Shown piece after piece: positions 13,170-24,850 of a stretch of 64,000 nt of DNA (its first letter is position 1; each line of letters starts with the position of its first letter). Below the pieces are notes generated by a model, which made no database searches, had not been told where the DNA came from, and saw nothing but the letters and a program-made list of their open reading frames with translations. The position numbers and the translations under genes are program-made. This stretch comes from Hemiscyllium ocellatum (Eukaryota). The stretch lies in NCBI RefSeq assembly GCF_020745735.1, contig NC_083418.1:55755776-55819775 (forward strand), given 5' to 3'.

Positions 13170-13755
13170 AGGAAACCTCATTTAAATCTTAGTTGTTCTG
13201 CATCCTAACTCCATATACCTCCCTTTTGTAACCCTTAATATTCTTGGTCTCAAAATTCCAAAGATAATTTTCAAATTTTCAATTTCAACTTAGCTCAATA
13301 GCTTTATATGAGATAGGATTTTAAATTTCTACAGTTTTTCATATGAAGATATGCTTCATGTCAATGAACAAGGGCCATTCAGCCCTTCAAGCCTGCTACA
13401 TAATGTAATAAGATCATGGCTAATCAGATTATGACCTCAAATCTGCATTCTGTCTATCTTTAATAATTTTTCAGCCCTTGCTTACTAAGAATCTGCCTGA
13501 AAATACTCAAAGACTCTACATGCACTTTCTTTTCAGGAAGAGAATCCAAGCACTCAATTCTCTGAGAGTAAAAAAAAGGCCCCTTTTTGTTTTAAATTGG
13601 TGAGCTATATTTTTAAACAGTGATCTTTAGTTCCAGATTCTCTCATTTGATACAACATTGTCTCCACATCCAATCTGCCAAGACTCCTCAGGTTCTTATA
13701 TATTTCAAACAACTCTCTGTATACTTTTTAAACTTCAGCAGATACAAGCCTAACT
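13170..13755 (-). mobile_element. Decayed CR1 3' fragments (two)
   Basis: Antisense CR1 3' UTR motifs (ggccattcagccc..., ttcaggaagaga, ctctgagag). Confidence 0.55.
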
Positions 13756-13760
13756 TGGTG

Positions 13761-13967
13761 TGTAAGATCATTTAGTCCCTAGAGGAACCTTGCAGGAGGT
13801 CATGGAGATGCACAACACTGGGTATAAATACTACAGTGTGGGCAGAAGAAGCACATTGGAATGTGAACTGTCTGAAAGAGCACATGGACACAAATATTTG
13901 AAGAAGATTGAATATTCAATAAACCATTCTCAGTTGCTTCATGAATGAACTTTCCTCCACCATAACA
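13761..13967 (+). mobile_element. Solo LTR (207 bp)
   Basis: TGTAAG...ATAACA termini, 5-bp TSD TGGTG (13756-13760 and 13968-13972), internal TATAAATA and AATAAA. Confidence 0.8.
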
Positions 13968-14449
13968 TGGTGATGTTTGTTAATAATTGCATAATATTCT
14001 GCACTATCCATGGTTCCTCATATATTGAAGCAAACCACGTCTATATGTAGCAAGAACTGGACAACCCTCAAACCTGAGCTAATTAGTGGAATGTAAGGTT
14101 CACAGTGTACAAGTGGTCCTCTCCAATAAGACAGAATCTAACTATTACTTCTTGACATTCAAACGATCACTGAATCCTCTTCCATCAACACATTAGATCA
14201 TAATCACTGGCCAGAAACTGACTGGATCAATCACACAAACACTGTGGTTACAAGAACAGACCAGAAGCTAGGGATCCTGTGGTGAGTGTGCTGCATGTGA
14301 TTCATATGTATATTAATATTATTTATTATGGATTTTTGGATTTTGAACTTGGTGTGTGGGTTTGCTGCATGTATAAAAAGGTGTAATGATTAATTTGAAA
14401 GTATTTCTGGAGTCATGCTGATTTATTTGAAAAAAAGCATGAGAGATTT

Positions 14450-14740
14450 ATAGAGTCATGGAGTCAAATAGCATGGAAATAGACCACGCTATTCCACGCT
14501 GACCATGTTCCGAAACTAAACGAGCCCCACCCGCCTGCAATTGGCTCATATCTCTCCAAACCTTTCCTATTTATGATCTTTTCTAAATGTATTTTGAATG
14601 TTGTAACTGTACCTGCACCACCACTTCCTCTGGAAATTCTTTCCACTCATGCATCAAAAAGATCCCCCATGCCTTTTCTAAATCTTTCTCATCCTATTGT
14701 AAAAATATACCTCCTAGTTTGAAAATCTGCCATCCTATAG
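14450..14740 (-). mobile_element. CR1 3' end fragment
   Basis: AGTVTTFKIHLEK..NRKGLE C-terminus and (ctctatga)-type tail, as in the 51046-53186 copy. Confidence 0.8.
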
Positions 14741-14879
14741 CTATTAATGGGTGAGAGCCATCAAATATATATACAGTAATATGTGCAATAGTGGGAGCTG
14801 TAGTCTCTGAGCATTAATGAGAAGCACGTGTAGCAGAAAAGTTAGAGTGCCTGGCAGCCCTGCGTGAGGTAGCAGACAG

Positions 14880-15150
14880 AAAACAGGGGCACTTATTCTT
14901 GCAGAACACAGAGAACAATTGATCTCCTTCTTGCATTTTCTGCATTGCTGGGAGTCTCTCTTCACCCAGGACACAGCATTGACCCAGGTTGTAATTTAGG
15001 CTGAGGTCACCATGGTTTTGGATATATGGCCTCCTGTGGCAACCTGCAGAAAAAAGGCATGCCCTCCTTGCCGTCACCATGCTGCCACCGAGACCTGAAG
15101 GTCACATTTCATGAAGTGAGGAATGAGCTTTCCTTTTCTCTGCATCACAT
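14880..15150 (-). pseudogene. Second Harbinger Myb/SANT-like relic
   Basis: RKGKLIPHFMKCDLQV ... ITTWVNAVSWVKRDSQQCRK, read across frameshifts. Confidence 0.65.
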
Positions 15151-15279
15151 CCTTGATAATAGCAGTCAAGCACTACAGCACGAAGGCAAGTTCCTGGCTG
15201 ACAGATTCTGAGATGGTGTGCAACTGGATTTTAAATATGGCATCAGTGACATGAATGGTAGGAATTTCCACAGTGTGAG

Positions 15280-16690
15280 CACTTTTTATTTTGATTTTTA
15301 TTGATTTTTCTCCAAAAACTGACAGCAGAACAAGGTGCAATGACAAGCAACAAGCAACTGTAAACAAAACTCCGGCCACCATCCCCAAGGCATATACCTC
15401 CCCTAATATACAAAGAAAAGGAAAAATAATACAGACAACCCTAATACATATAAACATATACAAAACAACCACAGCCATAATAAATTAGACCAACAGTGAA
15501 ATAATTGCATTAGCAAAAGAAAAAGACAAAAAAAAAATTGCCACAACAGAAGATACCTCAATCTGGAACAGTTCAAAAGACAACATCCTTAATATTTGAA
15601 AGAAAAAGATTTCAGATTTTTGTACATTTGTTAGAGGAGCCAGATAAGCATAATCTAATCTTTTTCTAATTTAAGAAAGTGTAACACATCTCGAAGCCAG
15701 TGTGTATGAGTGGGCGGAATTAGGGATTTCTATTTTAACAATAGCCATCTTCTGGCCAATAAGGTTAGGTCTTTTTTAAAGGAAGAAGGATTAGGTAAAG
15801 AGGGTGATACCCAAAACAAAGCAGTCAAAGCGTTAGGAGTAAGATTTTCGCCGGATACTTGAGATAAGGTATCAAAGCTATCAGTCCAATATTTACTTAA
15901 AGGAGGGCAAAGCCAGAACATGTGCATATAAGTTGCTGGGCTTTGTTCACACCAAACACATTAAACCATTCACAGTTGCTTCATTAATGAACTTTCCTCC
16001 ACCATAAAGTAGTGATGTTTGTTAATAATTGCATAATGTTCTGCACCATCTATGATTTGTTGACACCTCCTCAAATATTTTTGCAAGTTGAGCTTTGTTT
16101 GTAGTAGGTGCGGTGTAGATTCTTGCTGAAAAATGTGTTGCTGGAAAAGTGCTGCAGGTCAGGCAGCATCCAAAGAGCAGGAAAATCTTCAGGAATGCCC
16201 GAAACGTCGATTCTCCTGCTCTTTGGATGTTGCCTGACCTGCTGCGCTTTTCCAGCAAAACATTTTTCAGCTCTGATCTCCAGCATCTGCAGTCCTCATT
16301 TTCTCCACGGTGTAGATTCTTGCATTGAGCAGAACAATGTTTTGCACAGATAGATCTGTGCACCCTTTTAGAAAATCTCATCCCACATATCACCTGGAAT
16401 TACCTCTTCCAGATCTGCCTCTCAGATAGCATTAATAGAATCAAGAGAATCTGAGCATACTTTCTGAATGTTTGGATAAGTAGCTGAAATAGCCACCTTT
16501 AATGAAGACAGCAGTTCGAGAAAGATGTCAAATTCAGAATCATTAGGAAGGGTGGGGAAAACCTGAAATGAACTACGTATAAAACTGTGAACTTGGAGGT
16601 ACCTAAAGAAGTGGCATTCAGGAAGTGAAAACGTGGTGAGCACTTCTAAGTTTTCAGCTATACGAATTCCTGAGAAAGTCACCAGTATCA
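15280..16690 (-). mobile_element. L1-clade LINE 3' end (ORF2 C-terminus, 3' UTR, A-rich tail), interrupted twice
   Basis: FFRYLQVHSF and the Zn-knuckle CVWC...HMFWLCP motifs of fish-type L1. T-rich tract at about 15283-15310 is an antisense poly(A). Confidence 0.88.
16127..16307. mobile_element. Short fold-back PLE derivative inserted in L1
   Basis: 16-bp TSD CGGTGTAGATTCTTGC (16111-16126 and 16308-16323). Inverted arms of about 60 bp plus an unpaired tail of about 36 nt. Hammerhead partly deleted (only GCCC-GAAACGTC remains). Confidence 0.9.
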
Positions 16691-17084
16691 GTATATATTT
16701 TATGAGAAGATGACCTCATCAAGAGGTCAAGATGCATCAACCATTTAGCACATCTGGCTGAAGAGGGTTGCAGATGTTTCTGCCTTGTCCTTTGCATTAT
16801 TGTGTTGAGTTCCCATAATTGAGGATGGGGATAGTTGCAGAAGCTCCTTCTCTTGTTAATTCTTCATTAAAATGTGCAACTGGACATGGCAGGACCACAG
16901 AATGACATGCTTCCTTGTTCTGGAATGCTTAGCTTTACCTACAGAATGCTATTTCTTCTGTTCAGTATACCTATAGTCCTGTGTTACAGCTTCATTAGGT
17001 TGGCATTTCATTTTTAGTGCGCCCAGTGCTGCTTTTGGCATTTTCCTTTCCATTTTCTCTAGTGAGAGATGTGTTCGTCAGCAA

Positions 17085-17210
17085 AGTTAAATATTTTTCA
17101 GTCAAACTGATTCAGATTTGTTTTGACACACCTCTGGAGCAGATGGGACTTGAACCTTAGCTTCCTGGCTCAAAGGTAGGGACATTACCACTGCAAAAAA
17201 GAGGCCCTGG
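17085..17210 (-). mobile_element. Short tRNA-derived SINE; related copies at about 19393-19470(-) and 59535-59615(+)
   Basis: Antisense A/B-box-like head (CAGTGGTAATGTCCCTACC...GGTTCAAGTCCC). The 19.4-kb copy is flanked by a repeated TCTTATGCATTTAT. Confidence 0.55.
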
Positions 17211-20200
17211 GCAACAAAATTGCTAGTTTTTGGTGGTATACAAAACAGCTATTGTTGCCTGATAGATGACAGTCCATCATGGATATCCAGTTTTAAGCTG
17301 CTAATCCCTTCTGAATCTTTTTAGCTAACACATTAACTGTGATGGTCTTAATATTTCAACCAACGTTTAAGTAGAATTTTTAACATAGTAAGGCATTTCA
17401 AAGGAGGGTTGCAGGATTTCTTATTTGAGAAATACCAAAAGCCGATACATTTCACCTCCTCAATGCTACCCACCATTTGATACATGCATCATAGAGTTGT
17501 TAACTAATTACAGTGATCAAAATCTATTAATTAATTTAACCTTAACCTAGAGAAGAGGAGAAGTGAAATCCACAATGGTTGAGAGTTTTGGAAATCATAC
17601 CTGTTTTGCTAAGAGTACGCTTGCAAGGCAATCAATTTTCTAATCACAAAAACAATATGTTCTGAAGGAAATCTACCTAATTTGTATTCATGATTTATAT
17701 TCAAATGACTTAAGTTTCTTTACATTCACTATTTGTGATGGTGGTTTTGTCGGAATGTACTGTTGGCTTTTACAGGATCTTAATTCATTGATTGGTCTTC
17801 CACTCACTGAAATAATGACCTTTATTTCTACTGGGATAAAGAGCTGTTGAGAGCAAGAAGCCTGATCCCAGCTGCCAATGATACACTGGGGCAAGTTAGG
17901 GACCTGGAGCCCCTGCTATGGCTAACCAGGGTAGTAAGTAATGCTTGGCTTGACAATGACACCAATCATCTTTTAAGAATGTCTAAATAAAATAATTTCA
18001 CCGATGTTTAATCACCATGGCAACTTCAGAAGAAGAGTTAGACCCAGCTCCTTAGCTTCAAGTGAAACATAGAATTACATTGTTTTGGACTCGGAAATCC
18101 TTTCAAACTTGCTGCCTGTGTATATAGCATTTGAATCCAGAACAGGAGAGGGGCGTTTGGCCTTCAAGCCTGTCCTGCTCCATCATTTAATAAGGAGATG
18201 AGTGATCTAGTTGTGTTCTCAACACCACATTCTCATCTGCCCTGATAATCCTTGACCCCTTTGTTAATCAAAGAACTAAATGCCTCTGCCTTAGAAATAT
18301 TCACTAACCTTGCTTCTACCACTGTCTGAGGAAGAGAGTTCAAGAAGTTGCTGGTGACAGGTGTCTCTTAGCCAGAATTAATCTGTATGTGTGTGACCAA
18401 CATCACTATGTTCTGATCTTATCAGCTGTGCAAGAATGTATGACCCTGCTCAGACTGAACTTCGGAATTTGGCAGCAAAGGCTAGGACTGGGGCCAAAGG
18501 CTTGAAGATTGGAAAGTGGCCGGGTGTGGGGTCAAAGTCCAGGACTGCAAACAAAGGTCATGAACTAGCGCTGGCTATTCATCAGTCACTCATAGTGACT
18601 GAGAGAGATACCACGGCTCCAAGAAGACACTAGGTTTGAGGGGAGCACTGACAATACCTTGCTAAAGGAATGCCCAAGGATTAGCTCAATAAGCTATCCT
18701 TCTACATGGAAGACAAATGCCTTTGACGTTTGGCAGTGATATACCACTCCAATATAGAGATTCTGTGCCTGCACACTCCTTATACTCTAGATGTGGTATT
18801 CCTACAAAACACAGCTGTCAAGATAATGCTGGGACAACAAATGCAGTTCTAAGGAAGACAACCTCAACAACACAAGCATGAACAAGAGTCAATACCACCA
18901 ATGACTGTAAAAACCAACAGTACATTCCGACAAAGCCACCATCACGAGACCTGCACATATCAGGAAATCACCTATGCATTATTGAGCCTGACTGGCTGAC
19001 TTGTTATTGTAAATAATTTACCTTCTTGTCAGAAAGAAGGGAAACACTCTATGTATAACTTGACTTTCAGAGGGTTTGGTCTTAAGGGCACCATTTGCAG
19101 TGTGTGTACAATATTGCGACTCTGCCTGCTAATCAGTCTGCTTTGGTTTTGCAAGCTGCACACACAGACATTTGATGGTTTGCTGTAATAAAAGCTTCAT
19201 AATTTACAATGTATTTTGTTATTTTAAATTAACTAACCCATGGAGTCAATCAATGCCTAACAAAATCAATTATTAGTCCATGTTTATCAATATGACAGAT
19301 ACAAGCCCAATTCACATCATAAGAAACCATCCCCAACTCAGCAATTAGCTGAATGAATCTTCTCCAAACTGCTTCTTATGCATTTATGTTTAGTTTTAGT
19401 CAACCATCTTATATGATAGGTGAGACTTGAACTGGATCTACTGGCTCAGATGCAGGGAAACCATTCCCCATGCTCTTATGCATTTATAGCTTGAATTACA
19501 TTAGGAGACCAAACTGTGCAGAGTACCTCACATGTCATTTCACCAACAACTTGCACAACTGTGGCAAAAAGCCCTATTTTTATTTTCTATTGTCCATGTA
19601 ATTAATGACAATGTTCCACTTGAAAAACAAGGGTTTCTCAATGCAAATGTATGTCTCGAATAAAGCCTGCTTTGTGTTGACTGATCCCTTTGCCAACTTT
19701 AATGCTTTACTTTAACGCAACATTAACTAACCCAATTTTCAGATATTGGCACTTAGCCACCAATTAAACCAGCTTGGACCATCCCATTACAAGTGGTTGC
19801 CATTCAGGTCATAAGCGATGTTCATGATTAGAACACTCAAATTGGAAAAGTCACACTGTAATTATATTTTCAGCTTGGCTTTGTCAAGCTAATTTGGGTG
19901 TTATCAAATTGTCAGAATACTGTGTTGCTGCTTTTTGGTTTGAATTAATTTTGTTCCCTTTTGAATTGAAGCATGTGGTCCTTTTGTATTTTATGACAGG
20001 AACTCAGAAATGAAGTGACTTGATAATAAAATGGATGTCGTGCTCTTTGAACAGGATTCAGAAACAAAGGTAGAGTAACAACGATGAATAGAATAATTGA
20101 AACCAAGAAAGATTTTTTTAAACATCAAAAATACTCTGTCATTAACACGCAGGTAAAGGATTGTGTGAGTGACAGTCAGCATGATAAGCAGTTGACCTAG

Positions 20201-20329
20201 TTAACCAAAAACTCACCCTATTTAAAGGAATAAAAGATTTGCTGCCTGTCAAGGAATTGGAAGAGGATTGTGGGGAGGTGAAGGTTAATAAGACATCACA
20301 GCGTGAACTGTGTCTGAGCCAGTAGATCG

Positions 20330-20580
20330 AAATCAGAGACAGGAGTTAGATAAAGAAAGAGTGAGAGAGACAGAAAGGAATAAAGAGAGAAAAGAATGAA
20401 AACAGAGAGAGAAAGGACAAGAAATGGAGAGTCAGATAGAGAAAGAGAGAGATAGATGGAAGAGAGAGGGAGAAAGAAGGGTGGATGGCAAGAGAATGAA
20501 AGAAACCAAGAAGAACGGACAGATTTTAAGACAAAATAGAGAAAAAGAGAAAGGAAGAAACAAATAGAGAATGGAGGGGG
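20330..20580. repeat. Purine-rich (GA/AAG) low-complexity tract
   Basis: Direct inspection. Confidence 0.85.
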
Positions 20581-21073
20581 TTAAAATGAAGAAGCATTGC
20601 ATTTATAGGTCACTTTTCAAATCTGGATATCAAAATCATCTTACAGCCAACACATTTCTTTTGATGTGTAATCACTGTTATGATGTAAGAAATACTGCAG
20701 TTCTATGGGTTTTGGTAATTAGAAAATAAATGGCTTCCTTTGCAATTGCATTGAAGAGTCCACAAAGGTAACTTTCTAAAGGTGAGCATAGCTTGGAATG
20801 GTAACACAACAATTATTAAGGCCCACAATGGGACTAAAGCATGAGAAAGAACTGGACGGAGGTCCCAAGGCAAAATTAAGAGTGAAATTAAAGGGAAAAT
20901 CTACAGATTGATAATATCTACTGTATTCCCCGAGCCACCTTCTAACTGACATTGGGGCAAACAGAGAAAGGAAGATAAATGCATCTTGTATGGACCAGAA
21001 CATGAAAGAGCAGTTGCATTTCATTGGATGCTGGTATCAGTATTGGGGCAGGGAGAAGCTATACTGTGACAAT

Positions 21074-21266
21074 ATATAATTTCAGTTACATTACACTGTA
21101 AAATTTTGCTATAAATTCTGTGCTAACAATCTTATATTCCATAATCACCTGATGAAGGAGCAGCGCTCCAAAAGCTAGTGCTTCCAAATAAACCTGTTGG
21201 ACTATAACCTGTTGTTGTGTGATTTTTAACTTTGTACACCTCAGTCCAACACCGGCATCTCCAAAT
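21074..21266 (+). mobile_element. PLE 3'-end derivative (family B) inserted in a decayed CR1 ORF1
   Basis: 9-bp TSD TGTGA(C/G)AAT (21065-21073 and 21267-21275). Shares sequence with the 29440 and 58343 elements. Confidence 0.8.
21146..21180 (+). ncRNA. Minimal hammerhead ribozyme motif (family B), core G12 mutated to A
   Basis: CAC-CTGATGA-A-GGAGC-AGC-GCTCC-aAAAG-CTA-GTG. Stem I CAC/GTG, stem II GGAGC/GCTCC, palindrome AGCT. Confidence 0.7.
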
Positions 21267-21949
21267 TGTGAGAATGGGCTGTATCTTGACAGAGCTAGGA
21301 GCTGGAGAAGACAAACAGGTCTGTACGAAGGACTTAATATTGACAGTGAGAAGTGGGGGTGGGTGTTGTGATTTGTAAATTTTAGCTGGAAATAATAGTA
21401 GGCAAAAGAAAAGGGAAGATGCAAGAGAAAAAGGTCAGTATTCAAAATAAAAATGAGAAAGATAATAAGAATGTACCAAGAACAGAAAAGGTTACAGGAA
21501 TAATAATAAGTTAACTCATTAAAAAATAATGTAGGAGTGATGAAAAACAATAAGTCACTAAATTATCCAGCGATGTACACAACTTTAGAAACTAGAATTA
21601 TAAAAGGGAAGAACATCTGAGAAATTCATTATCAGGGCATGTGGGAAGTGTGGGGAACTAACGCCATATAATAATCTGTATACAGACACTGCAGTGCAAA
21701 AATATACAAATTTGTTACAAACTCATCTCAGATGAACGACTAAAACTGCATAGGTTTTGCTGACAGCTGACTACAGACAGTGCATGGCCAGCTGCTAAAT
21801 ATTCCAGGTTACAAGATCTCCTTTTAAGATCTCTTTTGGTTTCCGTCTCAAATTAAATGTATATTTCTCTCATAGAGAAAGTGCTACGAAGATTTCTGGG
21901 AAGAAGAATGTGAAATGCATACAAATTGGTAAAAGACTGTTTCTCTGAG

Positions 21950-22230
21950 GACAGAGACCTCAGAATGAGGGGTCACTGTCTCAGGATAAGGAGGCAGTCA
22001 TTTAGGACTGAGACAATGAAAAATTTCTTCATTCTGAGTATTGAGAGTCTTTGGAATTCTTGATTCAAGACAGCTGCAATACTCAACCATTGAACATACT
22101 TAAGGCTGAGAGCATAGGTTCATGGAAACTATAGGAATCATGAGATATAGGGACCTGCTGGGAAACTGAGCCCAGGTTTAAGATCAGCTACAAACTTGTT
22201 AAATGTCTTCCTCCTGTTCCTAATTGTTTA
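21950..22230 (+). mobile_element. CR1 3' end fragment
   Basis: agaatgaggggtcactgtctcaggataagg...aatttcttc...tggaattct CR1 pattern. Confidence 0.65.
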
Positions 22231-23775
22231 AATAAGGTACCCTCTCTCGATCAAGATGGGATTTCAGCAGTTGAGAAAAAAATCAGCTTCCCACAGCTTT
22301 CTCAAAGGACACCCATTGTTAATAAATGCTAGATTTGCCAGGGACACCCAGACCAGGAGGCTGCATTTTCTTTTATAAATTGCGATAAAGACAGCAGCAG
22401 GCGGGGAGGATCAGAGAGATGGGCCAGCAGTGAAGATTTAGAAATACTGATTGAGTAAGTTCTCAGCCTCAATGATGGAAATACCAGATTCCAAAAATGA
22501 GGGCTTCACTGTGCTTTGTCCAGTGAATCTGCTCCAGGGCTTCACTGTAATCCCCTCTGTACACATGGTAGCACATAGCAGGGATCAAAGTCAGGGTTTT
22601 CATTAAAAGTGAGCAGGCTGCAAGAGCATTTCAGAGGCTAGGTTGGAGTCGACCTTTTACAAAGCACATTACAAATCTATTAGTTCACTCTTATTTTGAA
22701 TTGTCCAAGATTGAAAGTTCTTCCTACCTCCCATTTTTAATGAAGATTTTGCATTGTGGCATGGAAAAAAGAGAGAAAAATGAGCCTGCATTTCTGGAGC
22801 ACCTTATACCATCTCAGGACATCTAGAATTGTTCTACCACTAGTGAAGTACTTTTGAGATACAGTCAAGTTTCTAAGAAATGCAATTTGATGAAATGCAA
22901 GATTAATTTCAGTATAGTAGTTAACTAAAATAGCTTAGCTAGGGGTGTGGATAGGTGAACAAATCTTTAGCTTCACCCTTATCCATTGATGAATACAGAG
23001 CCATTAGGTTATTTTTCATATCTTGTAGGGTGAATCAAATTAGCTGAAGCTTGTTATCTACAATGGTAGGACCTTGGGAAGAGGTCAACATAAATCATAT
23101 CCTCAGCACTGTTAACTGAAGATGGTTGCTAATACCTCAGATTTGTCTTTTGCACTGATGTTCTGGTCTACTCAATCATTAATAATAGGGATATTTGTGG
23201 TGTTTTCTCCTCCTCCTGTTAGTTGTTCAATTGTCCACCACTTCTCATGACTGGGTATGGCAGGAATGCAGAGTTTAGATTTGATCTGCTGCTTGTGAGA
23301 TCATTTAGTTCTGTCTCAGCTGGTATATAGATGTTAGTTCAGAGATAAATATTGACAGTTCATCGGCGGGAATTATTTTGCTCAGTTTTAAATTTATGCT
23401 GACTGATCGTTTACATCAATGCAGGTAGAAACTTGATTTAACTTTCAGTCAGAAGACAGCACCTCCCTCAATAATGCTCTGAAGTTTCAGCCTAAATTGC
23501 ATGATCAAGCTTCAGGATTTGGATTTGAATCTGCAAACATCTCACTCAAAGGGTCTACTTTGAAGAACAGCAGCTCCCCATTATAGGGTCAATTAGCGAT
23601 CTCTCAAGCAACAGTTCTAAAAATTGATGATTTTATCTGTGATCATTGATGTTCTTGGAAGCTGTGCACACATTTACTTCCATGTTTCCAACATCAGAAC
23701 AGTAATTGAATTTCAAATATATTTCATTTGTTGTATATAATTTAGGGATGTTTTGGGAATGTGAAAGGCACCATG

Positions 23776-24850
23776 CAATTATCCCCTCAAGACCGATTAC
23801 TAAACTTAGTGATCTTGGACTAAGCCCAACTCTCTGCAACTGGATCCTCATTTTCCTGATCCACAGGCCACAATCAGTGAAGATTGGGGACAATATTTCA
23901 TCCTCACAAACACTCAACACTGGAGCCCCCCAGGGGTGCGTACTCAGCCCCCTAATGTACTCACTGAATATCCATGACCGCGTCGCCAAATACCAGACTA
24001 ATGACATTTACAAGTTCACTGATGACACTGCCATAGTCGATCAAATCTCAGATGGCGTCAAAACAGACTACAGATTAGAGGTGGAAGACCTGGAAAAGTG
24101 GTGCACTGCGAACAACCTAGCTCTCAATGCTGGCAAAACCAAGGAACTCAATATTAATTTTCAGAGGGATGTTACTAATGCCCCTCTATACATTAATTGC
24201 ACAGAGGTGATACGAGTGGAGAGTGTCAAACTCCTGGCAATGGTCATCCACTAAAAGGTTTCTTAGACTCTTCATGAGGACTCACAGGTTACAAAGACCC
24301 AACAATGGCTCTTCTTCCTGAGGCAGCTGAGGAAATTTGGCATGATGGCGAATACCCTTGCCAACCTTTATAGGTGCACCATCAAGAGCATTCTGTCTGG
24401 ATGTATCACTACCTGGTATGGCAACTGTACCATTCAAGATCAGAGGCGGTTACAGAGAATGGTGAACATGGCCCAGACAATCACAAAGGCCAAACTCCCT
24501 TTAATGAATCCATCTACCAGGCCCGCTGTCAAGGAAAGGCCACCAGCATTCGTAAAGATCCATCCCACTCTGGCAATATTTTTCTACAACCTTCACTATT
24601 GGGGAGAAAATACAGAAGCCTGAACAAATGCACCAGCCGGTTTCACAACAGTTTCTACCCTACTGTTGTTAGAATGCTGAATGGACTCACAAACACAACA
24701 TTCGCCTGTAACCGTGTTTTTGGTTTTGCTCTGTTTAGATTTTATTTACTACCTATGCTACTTAACTATGTGATCTGCCTAAATTGCTTGCAAGACTAAG
24801 CTTTCACTGTGCCTCGGTACATGCAACAATAAATTCAATTCAACTCAACT
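23776..24850 (+). mobile_element. Rex1/Babar-clade LINE, 5'-truncated (RT C-terminal half plus 3' UTR)
   Basis: [48 protein letters not shown] and YRCTI.SILSGCITTWYG; ends AATAAA(TTCAA/CTCAA)n. Confidence 0.88.

Noticed and set aside
13968-13985. TGGTG after the 207-bp LTR as a primer-binding site
   Set aside because: The same TGGTG precedes the LTR, so it is a TSD, and no internal gag/pol follows.
18345-19110. Possible additional solo LTR
   Set aside because: The composition is LTR-like, but I could not define TG..CA ends with a TSD.
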